DNA from: Alphaproteobacteria bacterium
Lineage (GTDB): Bacteria; Pseudomonadota; Alphaproteobacteria; Bin95
Reading direction: 5' to 3'
Assembly (NCBI GenBank): GCA_963665325.3
Contig: CAXXWS020000003.1
Coordinates: forward strand, 96,001-160,000
DNA length: 64,000 bases
Shown piece after piece: positions 21,759 to 33,578 of the stretch. A program made the position numbers and the translations under genes. Each line of letters starts with the position of its first letter. Positions within the stretch are counted from its first letter, which is position 1. A model generated the notes under the pieces. The model was not told the DNA's origin. It saw only the letters and a list, made by a program, of their open reading frames with translations, and ran no database searches.

Positions 21759-22838
21759 TCAGCCTCGGAAATAGTTGTGGGGAACGAAGGGAAGGCGGAC
21801 GACCCGCCCGGGCCGCGGCTTCCCGCGGATATCGAAGTCGATTTCCGTGCCGGGCGCGGTGAGCGCGACCGGCAGGTAGCCCATGGCGACCGGGCCACCG
21901 AGCACCGGCGAGAAACCGCCGCTGGCCACCCAGCCGACCGCCTCTCCGGAGCCGTCGAGCAGGTCGGAGCCCTCGCGCGCGATCACCCGGCCCTCGGGCC
22001 TCACGCCGACGCGGCGCCGGGCGGGAGGGGTGTCGAGAATGCGCGCCGCGCCGGGGAAGCCGCGCTCCTCGCGGCGGCGCTTCGGCAGGGTCCAGCCGAG
22101 GCCGGCTTCCAGCGGCGTCGTATCCTCGTCGAGGTCCCGCCCGTAGAGGCAGAGGCCCGCTTCCAGCCGCAGCGAGTTGCGCGCATCGAGCCCCGCCCAG
22201 GCGACGGCTTCATGGGCGAGCAGCCGCCTGGCGAGCGCTTCGGCGTCGGCGCCGGCGACCGACAGCTCGAAACCGTCCTCGCCCGTATAGCCCGAGCGCG
22301 AGACGCGCGCCGGCACGCCGCAGGCCTCGCCCTCGCGCCAGGCCATGAACGGCAGATCGGCGAAATCCGGCAGCACCGCCGCCGCCGCCGGCCCCTGCAG
22401 GGCCAGCAGGGCGCGGTCCGGCTCCGGCACGATATCCACCCTGCCGCCAAGATGGCGGCGAAGATGTTCTATGTCCTGGTTCCTGCGCCCGGCATTGACC
22501 ACAAGTCCGAGGCCGCCCGGCACGCGCGAAACGATCAGGTCGTCCAGAATGCCGCCGTTCTCGAGGGTGAAGAGGGTGTAACGCATGGCGCCGTCGCCGA
22601 GGCCACAGATATCGCCGGTCACGAGCGTCTCCAGCGCCTCGTCGGCACCCGGACCCATCAGCCGCAGCTGGCCCATATGGCTGACATCGAACAGCGCCGC
22701 CCGGTTGCGGGCCTGATTGTGCTCGGCAACGCTGCCCTCCGGATAGCGCAGCGGCATGTCGAAGCCCACGAAAGGCTCCATGCGCGCGCCGGCGGCGAGG
22801 TGCATTGCGTGCAACGGTGTCTTCAGCAGTTCGGTCAT
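21759..22838 (-). CDS. gcvT: Glycine cleavage aminomethyltransferase T
   Basis: LFDVSHMGQ, GILDD, SRSGYTGEDGFE, ARNSLRLEAGLCLYG. Confidence 0.96.
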   Translation of the reverse strand: MTELLKTPLHAMHLAAGARMEPFVGFDMPLRYPEGSVAEHNQARNRAALFDVSHMGQLRLMGPGADEALETLVTGDICGLGDGAMRYTLFTLENGGILDDLIVSRVPGGLGLVVNAGRRNQDIEHLRRHLGGRVDIVPEPDRALLALQGPAAAAVLPDFADLPFMAWREGEACGVPARVSRSGYTGEDGFELSVAGADAEALARRLLAHEAVAWAGLDARNSLRLEAGLCLYGRDLDEDTTPLEAGLGWTLPKRRREERGFPGAARILDTPPARRRVGVRPEGRVIAREGSDLLDGSGEAVGWVASGGFSPVLGGPVAMGYLPVALTAPGTEIDFDIRGKPRPGRVVRLPFVPHNYFRG

Positions 22839-22883
22839 CGACGGACCCTCCGGCTTCCGGGCCCGCCTTGCGGCCTGCCCGTC

Positions 22884-23056
22884 TGCCCCCTCTGTCCGTC
22901 CGACCTGAAAGAATCCGGCTTAGCCGTTACATCTTCGGTGGGGCGTATGCGCCCGCTTTCCAGAGTTGCCTCCCCGCGCGGTCCGGGTGCCTGAGAGTTT
23001 CCGGGGCGGTTGCTCCTTCGGCGCCGGCTCGCAATGCCGGACTCTCCCGCGCAGAT
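22884..23056 (-). ncRNA. Tandem glycine riboswitch
   Basis: Minus strand: GCGGGAGAG...CGCCGAAGGAGCAA...AAACTCTCAGG (aptamer 1), then CTCTGGAAAG...CACCGAAGATG...CTTTCAGG...GGACAGAG (aptamer 2), directly upstream of gcvT. Confidence 0.92.
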
Positions 23057-23095
23057 CGACGGCAGAAGGATGGTCGCAGACGCCGGGCCGGCTTG

Positions 23096-23914
23096 TCAAT
23101 GCGCCATGAACACCGGAAGTTCGGCATTGAACAGGATGTAGTTGGTCGGCCCGCCGAACAGCGCCTGGCGCAACCGGCCGCGCGTATAGCCGCCCTTCAA
23201 CAGCAGGTCCGCGCCGCGCTCCGCCGCGATTTCCAGGGTCTTGTGGCCGCTCTCCCCGAGCCCCGCCTCCACGACCAGCGAGCCGGCCTCGATACCCTCG
23301 CGTCCGAGCTGGCGCGCCACCGCTTCGCCCGTCGGCCCCGGCACCGTCATGCCGGTAACGGTCAGCACCGTGACCTGTTCGGCAAGGCGCAGCAGGTCCA
23401 GCGCCGCACGGATGGTGCGGACGGTTTCGGAGGAGCCGTTCCACGCGATCAGAATGTTGCGGCCCAACTCGGCAGGAGCCCGGGCCGGCACCGCCAGAAT
23501 CGCCTGGCCGCTGTCGAACAGGGCCGTTTCGAGCGTTCCGAGGGACGGGCCGCTGGAACCTTTCACCGGCCGGCCTACCACCACCACATCGTACACGCGG
23601 GCATGGTTGCCGAGATTGTCGAGGCCGGATTCGCTCTCGGACCAGACCGCCCGGTCGCCGATCCCGGCGGCCTCGACGAAGGCCTCGAAACGGCGCCGCG
23701 CCTCGGCGGCGCGGCGGTCATCCTCGCGCTCGAACCGCTCGACGAGCGCCGGCAAGGCAGCGCCGCTGTCGTCGGTCGCCATGATGGCGGAGGGGTCGGT
23801 GTGGAAATGCGCGGCCTCGAGCCAGCCGTCGATGCGGCCGCGGAGGCATTCGGCGGCAGTGAGCACGCTCTCTAGGGAATCCAGGTCGTTGGTAGGCACC
23901 AGAATCGATTTCAT
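23096..23914 (-). CDS. Universal stress protein (tandem USP)
   Basis: MKSILVP..., DVVVVGRP, ILIAWNGSSETVR, ADLLLKGGYTRGRLRQALFGGPT...LPVFMAH. Confidence 0.9.
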   Translation of the reverse strand: MKSILVPTNDLDSLESVLTAAECLRGRIDGWLEAAHFHTDPSAIMATDDSGAALPALVERFEREDDRRAAEARRRFEAFVEAAGIGDRAVWSESESGLDNLGNHARVYDVVVVGRPVKGSSGPSLGTLETALFDSGQAILAVPARAPAELGRNILIAWNGSSETVRTIRAALDLLRLAEQVTVLTVTGMTVPGPTGEAVARQLGREGIEAGSLVVEAGLGESGHKTLEIAAERGADLLLKGGYTRGRLRQALFGGPTNYILFNAELPVFMAH

Positions 23915-24041
23915 CGTCTCATCCTCGCTTCGCCGGAAATGGCGGCCGGCGGGGTGACAAACCGCTCGCCATGGGCCAGTCTCGGGACTGGACCGGCGGG
24001 CGGCGCGCGCCCGCAGTATCGCAGCAAAGAGGAAGATGCGC

Positions 24042-24215
24042 ATGACGGACTTGCAGGACCGCCGGGCCGCACTCGAGGCCCAGCATGCTGCACTCGACGA
24101 CGAGCTTCGCGATCTTGAAAACGACCCCTCCGCCGACGACCTGAAAGTACAGACCCTGAAGAAACGCAAACTCGCGCTGAAGGACGAGATGGCCGCCTTG
24201 GAGCGGTCCGGCTGA
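24042..24215 (+). CDS. Small DUF465/YdcH-family coiled-coil protein
   Basis: Manual translation MTDLQDRRAALEAQHAALDDEL...LKKRKLALKDEM; AGAGGA RBS upstream; below the ORF-track length cutoff. Confidence 0.8.
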   Translation: MTDLQDRRAALEAQHAALDDELRDLENDPSADDLKVQTLKKRKLALKDEMAALERSG

Positions 24216-24286
24216 GGCCCGCCCGGGGGATGCGCGGCTGAACCCGCCGACAGCGTAGTCGCCCGGCCGGCGTCGGAAGGGCCGGA

Positions 24287-25909
24287 ATGGACCATCCCAG
24301 CTATCTCGCCGACGTCCTGATCTTCCTGCTGGCAGCGGTAGTCGCCGTGCCGGTATTCCGCCGCCTCGGGCTTGCGGCGGTGCTCGGATATATCGGCGCC
24401 GGGGCCGTCATCGGCCCGCACGCGCTGGGCCTGGTCGAACGGATCGACAGCGCCCGTGCGCTGGCCGAGTTCGGCGTTGTCTTCCTGCTGTTCACGGTCG
24501 GGCTCGAATTGCCGCTCGACCGCCTGCGGGCGCTTGGCGGCGGCAAGTTCGCGCTGGGCCTGCTGCAGATCCTCCTCACCATGGCGGCGTTTTCGGGAGC
24601 GGGAATGGCGCTCGGGGTGTCGCCGCAGGCCGCCATTGTCATAGCGGCGGCGCTCACGCTCTCCTCGACCGCCATGGTGCTGCAATTGCTCGCCGAACGG
24701 GGCGAGTTGACGAGCCAGGCCGGCCGGTCCGCCTTCGCCGTACTGCTGGTCCAGGATATCGCCGTCGGTCCGCTTCTCGTCGTGACGTTGGTGCTCGGCG
24801 GCGCGCCGGAGGCGGTGGCGGAAGCGCTCTTCTGGTCGGTGCTGAAGGCGCTGGTTGCCGTGGTCGGCATCCTCGCTGTCGGGCGCTGGGTGGTGCGTCC
24901 GATCTACGGGCCGGTCTCCGAGGGCGGCCAGATCGAAACCTTCACTGCGCTGACCCTGCTGATCGTGCTGGCGACTGGCCTCGCCACCGAACTCGCCGGA
25001 CTGTCCATGGCCTTCGGCGCCTTCCTTGCCGGCATGTTGCTGGCCGATACCCGCCACCGCCACCAGGTCGCGGCCGTCATCCAGCCCTTCCGGGGCCTGT
25101 TGCTCGGGCTCTTCTTCATGACCGTCGGCATGGCGATCGACGCGGGCGGGGTCATCGCGCGCGCCGGCGCGCTGGCGGCGATCGTGGTCGGCCTGCTGGT
25201 CATCAAGACCGCCGTTGCAGCCGCGATCGGGTCCGCACTCGGGATGCCGATCGGGCGGGCGGTCTATGTCGGGTTGCTCCTCGCAGGCAGCGGGGAGTTC
25301 GGGTTCGTGTTGCTGGGCGCGGCAGTCGGCCGCTCGCTGCTCGAGGGGCCCGACGCGCAATTGCTCGGCATGGCGATCACATTGTCCATGGCGGCGACAC
25401 CGCTGCTGGCGTTCTTCGGGCGCCGGGCGCTCCCTGATATCGCGCAGGAGTCGGGCGAGCGCGTAGAGGCCGCGGGGCCGCATTCGGGGCATGTCGTCGT
25501 GGCGGGCTTCGGGCGGGCCGGCCGGGAATGCGCCGCGCAATTGCGCGAGGCGGGCAAGCTGCCGGTCGGCATCGATGTCCATGCAGACAATATTGCCGCC
25601 GGCCGCCGGCTGGGCTTCGAGGTGTTCCACGGCGATGCGGCGCGCCCCGAAGTGCTGGAGGCGGCCGATGTCGAGAACGCCAGCGCTGTCGTCGTGGCGT
25701 TCAACGACCCGAAGCGCGCCGTGACCATTGTCGGCCAAATGCGCTACATATTCCCCCGTCTGCGTATCGTTGCCCGGGCCCATGACGACCAGTGGGCCGA
25801 AGAGCTGCGCCGGGTCGGCGCAGACGCGGTCGCCGTCGAAATGCAGGGGGTTGCGGACGAACTCGTCGGCGCTATCGAGGGCGTTGAGCCCGGTGCAGCG
25901 ACCGAATGA
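24287..25909 (+). CDS. CPA2 cation:proton antiporter with KTN/TrkA-N domain (KefB/KefC-like)
   Basis: [38 protein letters not shown]; C-terminal [10 protein letters not shown]...GDAARPEVL. Confidence 0.9.
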   Translation: MDHPSYLADVLIFLLAAVVAVPVFRRLGLAAVLGYIGAGAVIGPHALGLVERIDSARALAEFGVVFLLFTVGLELPLDRLRALGGGKFALGLLQILLTMAAFSGAGMALGVSPQAAIVIAAALTLSSTAMVLQLLAERGELTSQAGRSAFAVLLVQDIAVGPLLVVTLVLGGAPEAVAEALFWSVLKALVAVVGILAVGRWVVRPIYGPVSEGGQIETFTALTLLIVLATGLATELAGLSMAFGAFLAGMLLADTRHRHQVAAVIQPFRGLLLGLFFMTVGMAIDAGGVIARAGALAAIVVGLLVIKTAVAAAIGSALGMPIGRAVYVGLLLAGSGEFGFVLLGAAVGRSLLEGPDAQLLGMAITLSMAATPLLAFFGRRALPDIAQESGERVEAAGPHSGHVVVAGFGRAGRECAAQLREAGKLPVGIDVHADNIAAGRRLGFEVFHGDAARPEVLEAADVENASAVVVAFNDPKRAVTIVGQMRYIFPRLRIVARAHDDQWAEELRRVGADAVAVEMQGVADELVGAIEGVEPGAATE

Positions 25910-25991
25910 CGGGCGCCGGAAGGAGCGGTTGCCGCCCGGGCCGCTTTGGTATAGACAACGCGGCTGCCAGATGTCCGGAAGAGGATGCCCG

Positions 25992-26180
25992 ATGGCTGTT
26001 CCGAAGAAGAAGGTGAGCCGGTCGCGCCGCGACAAGCGGCGTTCGCATCACCGCCTCGGCGCCGAAACGCATATCGAATGCCCGAATTGCGGCGAACGGA
26101 CGCGCCCGCACCACGTTTGCGCGGAGTGCGGCTATTACCGCGGCCGCGAAGTCGTCGCAGCCAGAGACGAAGCCGCCTAA
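25992..26180 (+). CDS. rpmF: 50S ribosomal protein L32
   Basis: [19 protein letters not shown]...[18 protein letters not shown]; GAGGA RBS. Confidence 0.96.
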   Translation: MAVPKKKVSRSRRDKRRSHHRLGAETHIECPNCGERTRPHHVCAECGYYRGREVVAARDEAA

Positions 26181-26187
26181 GGCTCCT

Positions 26188-27225
26188 GTGCCCGACCCCA
26201 TCGTCATTGCGCTCGACGGCATGGGTGGCGATCGGGCGCCTGATATTGTGCTCCGAGGCGCGGCCCTTGCCGGCGAACGCTACCCGGAAGCGCGTTTCCA
26301 GATCCACGGCGATCCCGCACGGATGGAACGCGGCCTCGCGGCGTTGAAGGCATTCGGCGACCGGGTCGAATTGCACCCCGCAGAGAAGGTCATTGCCGAC
26401 GACGCCAAGCCTTCCTCAGCGCTACGCGGCGGCGAAGGCTCGTCGATGTGGAACGCCGTGCAGAAAGTGCGGGACGGCCAGGCCGCCGGCGTTGTCTCCG
26501 CCGGCAATACCGGCGCGCTGATGGCCGTCTCAAAGTTTCTGCTGCGCACGCCTCCGGGCGTCGGCCGCCCGGCGATCTGCTCGATCATGCCCACCCTGCG
26601 GGCCGAAATCGCCATGCTCGACCTCGGCGCGAATATCGAATGCGACGGCGAAAACCTTTTCCAGTTCGCGGTCATGGGCGCCGCATTCGCATCGGCGGTT
26701 CTGGGTCGGCGGCCGACGGTCGGGCTGCTGAATGTCGGCCAGGAGGAGTTGAAGGGCGGGTCGGCGCTGCGTGACGCCGCTGCCCGGCTCCGCGCCGTCT
26801 CCAACCCGCCCTTCGACTTCAAGGGTTTCATCGAGGGAGACGACATTACCGGCGGCGCCGTCGATGTGGTGGTCACGGACGGCTTTACGGGCAATGTCGC
26901 ACTAAAGGCGCTTGAGGGTTCGGCGCGCCTTTACGGCGCAGCCCTTCGGCGGGCAGTTAAGAGTTCGTTCGGCGGCATGGCGGGCTTCTGGCTGGCGCGC
27001 CGGGCCTTGAACAAGGTGCGCGACCGCTTCGACCCGCGACGCTACAACGGCGCCGTTTTCGTTGGGTTGAACGGCGTTGTCGTCAAGGCTCACGGCGGTT
27101 CGGACGCCTTCGCGTTTTCCAATGCGATCGGGTTTGCGGTCGATATGGCGCGCCACGGTTTCCTCGACGATGTCCGCTCGGCCTTCGAGAGCACAGCGCC
27201 ACCGGTTGCGGCGACGGCCTCTTGA
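26188..27225 (+). CDS. plsX: Phosphate acyltransferase PlsX
   Basis: [43 protein letters not shown]. Confidence 0.96.
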   Translation: MPDPIVIALDGMGGDRAPDIVLRGAALAGERYPEARFQIHGDPARMERGLAALKAFGDRVELHPAEKVIADDAKPSSALRGGEGSSMWNAVQKVRDGQAAGVVSAGNTGALMAVSKFLLRTPPGVGRPAICSIMPTLRAEIAMLDLGANIECDGENLFQFAVMGAAFASAVLGRRPTVGLLNVGQEELKGGSALRDAAARLRAVSNPPFDFKGFIEGDDITGGAVDVVVTDGFTGNVALKALEGSARLYGAALRRAVKSSFGGMAGFWLARRALNKVRDRFDPRRYNGAVFVGLNGVVVKAHGGSDAFAFSNAIGFAVDMARHGFLDDVRSAFESTAPPVAATAS

Positions 27226-28187
27226 CCGGCCGGCGGGCGCAATTCCGGGGCGTCGGCGCCTACCTGCCGGAGCGCGTCGTCACCAATGACGAACTTGCGG
27301 CCGGCATGGACACTTCGGATGTCTGGATCCGCGAGCGCACGGGCATCCGGGAGCGGCGGATTGCCGCGCCCGGCGAGAAGACGTCGGACCTCGCGCTCGA
27401 GGCGTCGAGGCGTGCGCTTGCGGCCGCCGGGAAGGACGCCCGCGAGCTGGACCTGATCGTGCTCGCCACCGCGACGCCCGACCGTACTTTTCCCGCTACC
27501 GCGACGGCGGTCCAGGCCCGGCTTGGCATGACCGAAGGCGTCGCCTTCGATGTCCAGGCGGTCTGCTCGGGCTTCATCTATGCCCTGGCCGTGGCCGACA
27601 ATTTCATCCGCGCCGGGCAGGCCCGCAGCGCGCTGGTGATCGGCGCGGAGACCTTTTCGCGGATCCTCGACTGGAACGAGCGCGAGACCAGCGTGCTTTT
27701 CGGGGACGGGGCGGGGGCCGTAGTGCTGGAGGCCTGCGAAGACGATCCGCGCCATCTGCTGTCCACCCACCTGCATTCGGACGGACGCCACGGCGAACTG
27801 CTCTATGTCGATGGCGGCCCTTCATCGACCGGCACTGTCGGGCATTTGCGGATGAAGGGACGGGAAGTCTTCAAGCATGCCGTCACGAATCTCGCGCAGG
27901 TGGTGGAGGAGGCGCTGACTGCCAACGGCCTCGGGCCGGAGGCCATCGACTGGATCGTGCCGCACCAGGCCAATCTGCGCATCCTGCGCGCCACCGGACG
28001 CAAGCTCGGCATCGGCGAGGACCGGGTCATCGTCACGGTGGACCGCCACGCCAATACCTCGGCGGCCTCGGTACCGCTGGCGCTGGCGGCCGGCGTTGAG
28101 GACGGGCGCATCGCGAAAGGCGACATGCTGCTGCTCGAAGCCATGGGCGGCGGCTTCACCTGGGGCGCGGCGCTCGCCCGGTGGTGA
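27222..28187 (+). CDS. fabH: 3-oxoacyl-ACP synthase III
   Basis: [40 protein letters not shown]. Confidence 0.96.
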   Translation: MTGRRAQFRGVGAYLPERVVTNDELAAGMDTSDVWIRERTGIRERRIAAPGEKTSDLALEASRRALAAAGKDARELDLIVLATATPDRTFPATATAVQARLGMTEGVAFDVQAVCSGFIYALAVADNFIRAGQARSALVIGAETFSRILDWNERETSVLFGDGAGAVVLEACEDDPRHLLSTHLHSDGRHGELLYVDGGPSSTGTVGHLRMKGREVFKHAVTNLAQVVEEALTANGLGPEAIDWIVPHQANLRILRATGRKLGIGEDRVIVTVDRHANTSAASVPLALAAGVEDGRIAKGDMLLLEAMGGGFTWGAALARW

Positions 28188-28248
28188 GTTCGAACCCCGC
28201 TCGCACCTGCGTTGACCGGAGCCGCGCGTCCGGGTTAGCGTCCGTTCC

Positions 28249-28557
28249 ATGACTGGCAACACCCTGACGCGCGCCGACCTCTGCGAGGCGGTCTATCGTA
28301 ATATCGGCCTCTCGCGAAGCGATTCGGCAATGCTCGTGGAAGCCGTTCTGGAAGAACTCGCTGAAGCGCTGGAAACGGAAGGGACGGTCAAGATCTCTTC
28401 CTTCGGCACTTTCGCCCTGCGGAAAAAAGGCGAGAGGACCGGGCGTAACCCGCGCACCGGCGAGGAAGTCGCCATTCCGCCGCGCCGTGTGGTCGCTTTC
28501 CGCGCTTCTCAAGTGCTGAAGCAGCGCGTCAATGCGAGCCGGGCGGCTGCGGAGTAG
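28249..28557 (+). CDS. ihfA: Integration host factor alpha subunit
   Basis: TLTRADL...VKISSFGTF...[22 protein letters not shown]; conserved position after fabH. Confidence 0.95.
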   Translation: MTGNTLTRADLCEAVYRNIGLSRSDSAMLVEAVLEELAEALETEGTVKISSFGTFALRKKGERTGRNPRTGEEVAIPPRRVVAFRASQVLKQRVNASRAAAE

Positions 28558-28569
28558 GCGCCCGTTTCC

Positions 28570-28887
28570 ATGGAAAAGCATCCGACCGCCTATCGCACGA
28601 TATCGGAAGTCGCGCGGGAGGTCGGCCTCGAACCCCATGTGTTGCGGTTCTGGGAAAGCAAATTTCCACAATTGCAGCCGCTGAAGCGGGCTGGCGGGCG
28701 GCGCTACTACCGCCCGGAGGACGTCGAGACAATCGTTACCATTCGCGAATTGCTGCATGAACGCCGCTTCACGATCGAGGGCGCGCGCAGGGCGCTTTCG
28801 GGGCAGGACGTACCGGAATCGGAATTGCGGAGCATTCTGGAGGAGTTGCGGGATATCCGCGCGCTCATGGACTCAAACGTGGTATAA
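28570..28887 (+). CDS. MerR-family transcriptional regulator
   Basis: RTISEVA...[11 protein letters not shown]...[10 protein letters not shown]; conserved position after ihfA. Confidence 0.92.
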   Translation: MEKHPTAYRTISEVAREVGLEPHVLRFWESKFPQLQPLKRAGGRRYYRPEDVETIVTIRELLHERRFTIEGARRALSGQDVPESELRSILEELRDIRALMDSNVV

Positions 28888-28989
28888 TCTGCCGCCTTAA
28901 CATGGCGGATTGCGTCGCGACCACGTCGCGTGACGTTGAAAAATACCTGAAGAGAGACGACGTGGCGTGACTAAGGAGTGTCGATTCGT

Positions 28990-29199
28990 ATGGCTACCGG
29001 TACTGTGAAGTGGTTCAACACGACCAAAGGATACGGGTTCATCGAACCCGATGAGGGCGGAGCCGATGTGTTCGTCCATATTTCGGCAGTGCAGCGCGCC
29101 GGTCTCAATGCCCCGGCCGAAGGCCAGCGGATCAGCTATGAACTGCGTCGGGACCCGCGCAAGGGCAAATTCGCGGCCGACAACATCCAATTCGTCTAA
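28990..29199 (+). CDS. Cold-shock protein
   Basis: [18 protein letters not shown]...DVFVHISAV (RNP1/RNP2). Confidence 0.95.
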   Translation: MATGTVKWFNTTKGYGFIEPDEGGADVFVHISAVQRAGLNAPAEGQRISYELRRDPRKGKFAADNIQFV

Positions 29200-29322
29200 T
29201 CGGTTCCCCTTGGCCCGTCGCCGGGGATGCCGTTCCGTTGACAGCAGCGGGCCTCGTTTCTAAATCTCGGGTGACGGGCGGGACGCCTTCGGGCCGGCCC
29301 ACGATCTTTCGAGGAACACTTC

Positions 29323-32016
29323 ATGCTCGGCGTAGTCGCCAAGCGCCTGTTCGGCACCCATAACGACCGCTTCCTGAAGCGCCTGCGGCCCGAGGTCGCA
29401 GCGATAAACGCGCTCGAACCGGAACTGGAGGCGTTGTCGGACAGCGCGCTTCGGGCCCGCACCGACGAATTCCGCCAGCGCGTGCAGGGCGGCGCCGATC
29501 TGGACGACCTGCTCGTCGAGGCATTCGCCACCGTGCGCGAGGCCTCCAAGCGCACACTCGGCCAGCGCCATTTCGATGTCCAGCTCCTGGGCGGCATGGT
29601 GCTCCACCAGGGGATGATCTCGGAAATGAAGACCGGCGAGGGCAAGACGCTCGCGGCGACCTTGCCGGTCTATCTGAACGCGCTGGCCGGCAGGGGCGTC
29701 CATGTCGTCACGGTGAACGACTATCTCGCCCAGCGCGACGCCGAGTGGATGGGCCGCATCTACAACTTCCTCGGCCTTACCGTCGGCTGCATCATGCACG
29801 GGCTGCCGGACAGCGAGCGGCGCCAGCAATACGCCGCCGACGTCACCTACGGAACCAACAACGAGCTCGGTTTCGACTATCTGCGCGACAACATGAAGTT
29901 CGCGCTCGACGAAATGGTCCAGCGCGAGTTCGCCTACGCCATCGTGGACGAGGTGGACTCGATCCTGATCGACGAGGCGCGCACGCCGCTCATCATTTCG
30001 GGGGCCGCCGAGCAGTCGTCGGAACTCTATGTGCGCTGCGACGGATTGATGGCGGAGGTCCAGCCCGAGCATTACGAAAAGGATGAGAAGCAGCGCAGCG
30101 TCTCCCTGAACGAGGCCGGCCAGGAACACAGCGAGGCGCTGTTGCGCAAACACGGGCTCCTCACGGAAGGGAGCCTCTACGACATTCACAACATCTCCCT
30201 GCTTCACCATATGAACCAGTCGCTGCGCGCCCACACGCTGTTCGAGCGCGACGTCGACTACATGGTCCGCGACGGCAAGGTCGTCATCATCGACGAATTC
30301 ACCGGCCGCGCGATGGAAGGGCGCCGTTACTCCGAGGGGTTGCACCAGGCGCTGGAAGCCAAGGAGGGGGTCCCGGTCCAGCTTGAGAACCAGACGCTCG
30401 CGCAGATCACCTTCCAGAACTATTTCCGTCTCTACGACAAGCTCGCGGGCATGACCGGCACGGCGATCACCGAGGCAGGCGAATTCGCGGAAATCTACGG
30501 GCTCGAGGCCATAGAAGTCCCCACCAACCTGCCGACCGTGCGTGCCGACCACGATGACGAGGTCTATCGCACAGCGCGGGAAAAGAACGACGCCATCCTG
30601 GCCCAGATCCACGATTGTGTGGCGCGCCGCCAGCCCGTGCTGGTCGGCACGGTCTCCATCGAGAAGTCGGAGGAGCTTGGCAAGCAGCTGAAAGGCGAAA
30701 AGATCGCCCACCAGATCCTGAATGCGCGCTATCACGAGCAGGAAGCGGCCATTATCGCGCAAGCGGGAAAGCCGGCCGCGGTGACCATCGCCACCAACAT
30801 GGCGGGGCGCGGCACGGATATCCAGCTCGGAGGCAACGCGGAGATGCTGATCCGCGCCGAGGGCGAGGAGCGGGAAGCCGCGATCCTGGAGCAGGTAGCG
30901 CGGGACAAGCAAGTGGTGATCGAGGCGGGTGGCCTCTATGTGCTTGCCACCGAGCGCCATGAGAGCCGGCGGATCGACAACCAGCTCCGCGGGCGTTCGG
31001 GACGGCAGGGCGACCCCGGCGCCTCCAAGTTCTTCGTCTCGCTCGAAGACGACCTGATGCGCATTTTCGGTTCCGAGCGCATGGACGGAATGCTGCGCCG
31101 GCTGGGCCTCGAGGACGGCGAAGCCATCGTGCATCCCTGGATCAACAAGGCGCTCGAGAAGGCGCAGCAGAAGGTCGAGGCGCGCAATTTCGAGATTCGC
31201 AAGAACCTGCTGAAGTTCGACGATGTGATGAACGACCAGCGCAAGGTCGTTTACGAACAGCGCCGCGACCTGATGCAGGTGGACGATGTCCATGACGAGG
31301 TCGTGGACATGCGTCACCAGGTCGTCGAGGACGTCGTCCAGCGTTTCATCCCGGAGAAGGCGCTGCCGGAGCAATGGGACGCGCAAGGCCTTCAGGACGA
31401 GCTGCGCCGCGTGCTTTCCATCGACTTCCCGGCCCGCGAGTGGGCCGAGGAGGAAGGCATCGCCGACGAGGAGATCACCCGGCGAATTCTCGGCGCGCTC
31501 GACCGGCGCATGGCGGAGAAGGCGGCAAACTGGGGTGCGGACATCATGCGCCAGGCGGAGAAGAGCGTCCTGCTCCAGCTTCTCGACCAGATCTGGAAGG
31601 AGCACCTGCTCCAGCTCGACCATCTGCGCCAGGGCATCGGGTTGCGCGCCTATGCCCAGAAGGACCCGCTGAACGAATACAAGCAGGAAGCCTTCGAACT
31701 GTTCGATGCCATGCTGGCCAGGCTGCGCGAGGCGGTGACGGGAACGCTCGCCCATCTCGAAGTACAGCTGAACGCGCCCTCCGACGACCTGATGCCGCGC
31801 TCCGAAGAGGACGGCGACTGGCGTCAGGTGCATGACGAGCCGGAGCCTGCATTCGCCGGCAACGGCGCTGCCGTGCAGGGCACCCGGCAATTGCGCCGGC
31901 CGAGCGGCCCGCCCAATCCGGGCGACCCCGCGAGTTGGGGCAAGGTGGCCCGCAATGCGGCCTGTCCCTGCGGGTCCGGCAAGAAATACAAGCATTGCCA
32001 CGGCCGGCTCGCCTGA
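29323..32016 (+). CDS. secA: Preprotein translocase ATPase SecA
   Basis: [41 protein letters not shown]-terminal [14 protein letters not shown]. Confidence 0.98.
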   Translation: MLGVVAKRLFGTHNDRFLKRLRPEVAAINALEPELEALSDSALRARTDEFRQRVQGGADLDDLLVEAFATVREASKRTLGQRHFDVQLLGGMVLHQGMISEMKTGEGKTLAATLPVYLNALAGRGVHVVTVNDYLAQRDAEWMGRIYNFLGLTVGCIMHGLPDSERRQQYAADVTYGTNNELGFDYLRDNMKFALDEMVQREFAYAIVDEVDSILIDEARTPLIISGAAEQSSELYVRCDGLMAEVQPEHYEKDEKQRSVSLNEAGQEHSEALLRKHGLLTEGSLYDIHNISLLHHMNQSLRAHTLFERDVDYMVRDGKVVIIDEFTGRAMEGRRYSEGLHQALEAKEGVPVQLENQTLAQITFQNYFRLYDKLAGMTGTAITEAGEFAEIYGLEAIEVPTNLPTVRADHDDEVYRTAREKNDAILAQIHDCVARRQPVLVGTVSIEKSEELGKQLKGEKIAHQILNARYHEQEAAIIAQAGKPAAVTIATNMAGRGTDIQLGGNAEMLIRAEGEEREAAILEQVARDKQVVIEAGGLYVLATERHESRRIDNQLRGRSGRQGDPGASKFFVSLEDDLMRIFGSERMDGMLRRLGLEDGEAIVHPWINKALEKAQQKVEARNFEIRKNLLKFDDVMNDQRKVVYEQRRDLMQVDDVHDEVVDMRHQVVEDVVQRFIPEKALPEQWDAQGLQDELRRVLSIDFPAREWAEEEGIADEEITRRILGALDRRMAEKAANWGADIMRQAEKSVLLQLLDQIWKEHLLQLDHLRQGIGLRAYAQKDPLNEYKQEAFELFDAMLARLREAVTGTLAHLEVQLNAPSDDLMPRSEEDGDWRQVHDEPEPAFAGNGAAVQGTRQLRRPSGPPNPGDPASWGKVARNAACPCGSGKKYKHCHGRLA

Positions 32017-32073
32017 ACCGTAACCCGCCTCCCGTCCGCCGACCCGATCCTCCAGCGAAGGAAACGCCTGCCC

Positions 32074-32646
32074 TTGTCCCTATCTCCGCCCGCAATCCGC
32101 CGCCATCTCCACAGCCGCCAGGTCCGCTGCGAGGGCTTCCTGCGCGAGGACGGCCTCTGGGACCTCGAGGCCGAACTCGTCGATTCGAAGACCTACGCTT
32201 TCGAGAACTACTGGCGCGGGCAAGTCAAGCCGGGCGTCCCGGTGCACCGGATGCGGGTGCGGCTCACTCTCGACGACCGCCTGACGATCCTCGCTGCAGA
32301 GGCGGAGACACTGGAGAGTCCCTATGCCGTTTGCGGGAACGCCGCCGGCAATTTCTCCCGGCTCGTCGGGCTGCGTATCGGCCCCGGCTGGATGCGCCGG
32401 GTCAAGGAACGATACGGCAGGACTGCCGGCTGCACCCACATCCTGGAGCTGCTCTATCCGCTCGGCACGAGCGCCTACCAGACGCTCGGCCCCTGGCACG
32501 AGCACCAGCGCCGCCAGGCCGGCATGACCGAGGCGGAAAGCATGAAGGGAGGGCCGGCGCTCGATTCATGCATGGCTTTCGCCCGGTCGAGTCCTGTGGT
32601 CAGGACGCTCTGGCCGGAGGAACACCGCGAGGCGGAACCGGCCTAG
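32074..32646 (+). CDS. DUF2889 family protein
   Basis: RRHLHSR...GFLREDGLWDLEA...GCTHILEL...DSC. Confidence 0.8.
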   Translation: MSLSPPAIRRHLHSRQVRCEGFLREDGLWDLEAELVDSKTYAFENYWRGQVKPGVPVHRMRVRLTLDDRLTILAAEAETLESPYAVCGNAAGNFSRLVGLRIGPGWMRRVKERYGRTAGCTHILELLYPLGTSAYQTLGPWHEHQRRQAGMTEAESMKGGPALDSCMAFARSSPVVRTLWPEEHREAEPA

Positions 32647-32702
32647 CCCGCATGTCCCACGAAAGTCATGGTCTGCGCGGCGCTGGTGAGAAATGCGGAC
32701 TA
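32644..32702. repeat. 59-bp element with imperfect 17-bp terminal inverted repeats between convergent genes
   Basis: TAGCCCGCATGTCCCAC ... GTGAGAAATGCGGACTA, 14/17 complementary. Confidence 0.55.
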
Positions 32703-32960
32703 TCCGTCGGTTGCCCGGATCGACAGCGCATGCACCGGCCCCGCCATTTCCTCGGCAAGCACGTCATAAACGGCCTTCTGCCGCGCCACGCGGCTCATGT
32801 CCCGGAAGGCCCCGGCCGCGATCTCGACGCGGAAATGCGTCTCTCCCCCGGGCCGGGCGCCGACATGGCCGACATGCATGTGCGATTCGTCGATGACCTC
32901 GAGCCGGCTCGGCCGGAAGGCCTCACGGAGCTTGCGGGCGATATCGTCGCGGACAGGCAT
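32700..32960 (-). CDS. bolA: BolA family protein
   Basis: LEVIDESHMHVGH...GETHFRV...VHALSI. Confidence 0.93.
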   Translation of the reverse strand: MPVRDDIARKLREAFRPSRLEVIDESHMHVGHVGARPGGETHFRVEIAAGAFRDMSRVARQKAVYDVLAEEMAGPVHALSIRATDG

Positions 32961-33010
32961 GGCCCGGCCCCCTTGTTCCCTCGGCGCGGTGTTTCCATAC
33001 TCGGACCGTC

Positions 33011-33550
33011 ATGGTCTATCACACCCGACAGCGTCCCGCTCCCGGCGCCCGCTGCGAATCGCCCGGCTGCCCGGAAGCGGCCGCCTACCCCGCGCCGCGC
33101 GCGCCGGACCAGTTGCATGACTATGTCTGGTTCTGCCTGGACCATGTCCGCGCCTACAACCGCGAATGGAGCTACTGTCCCGGCATGGACCGGGCGGAGA
33201 TCGACGCGGCGGTACGCGCCAGCATGGAGTTCGGGCGGCGGCCTCTGGGCGGAGGCTTCGGCGCCCCGCCGGTCTTCAGCGACCCTTGCGACATCTTTGC
33301 CGGAGCCCACGAGCGCGCTCCGCCCTCGCGGCGCTGGCCGCCCGGAAGCCCGGAAGCGGAAGCGGCGGCCGCGATGTCGCTTTCCGACGACATGACTCTC
33401 CCTGCGCTGAAATCGCGCTATAAGGAACTGGTCAAGCACCACCACCCCGATGCCAATGGCGGCTGCCCGGCGTCGGAGGAACGAATGAAATCCATAACCC
33501 GTGCCTACCGGGTCCTGCAAGATGCGCTCTCGGCAGCGCCGGCCCGGTAA
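33011..33550 (+). CDS. DnaJ-domain protein
   Basis: [12 protein letters not shown]-terminal region; [16 protein letters not shown]-domain; conserved position before cobS. Confidence 0.88.
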   Translation: MVYHTRQRPAPGARCESPGCPEAAAYPAPRAPDQLHDYVWFCLDHVRAYNREWSYCPGMDRAEIDAAVRASMEFGRRPLGGGFGAPPVFSDPCDIFAGAHERAPPSRRWPPGSPEAEAAAAMSLSDDMTLPALKSRYKELVKHHHPDANGGCPASEERMKSITRAYRVLQDALSAAPAR

Positions 33551-33578
33551 CCTGTCACCCAGCAGACTGGAAGAACGC

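Noticed and set aside
28888-28985. tRNA-Pro often found after the ihfA-merR pair
   Set aside because: No cloverleaf or TTCGA T-loop is present; the region looks like the cold-shock gene leader.
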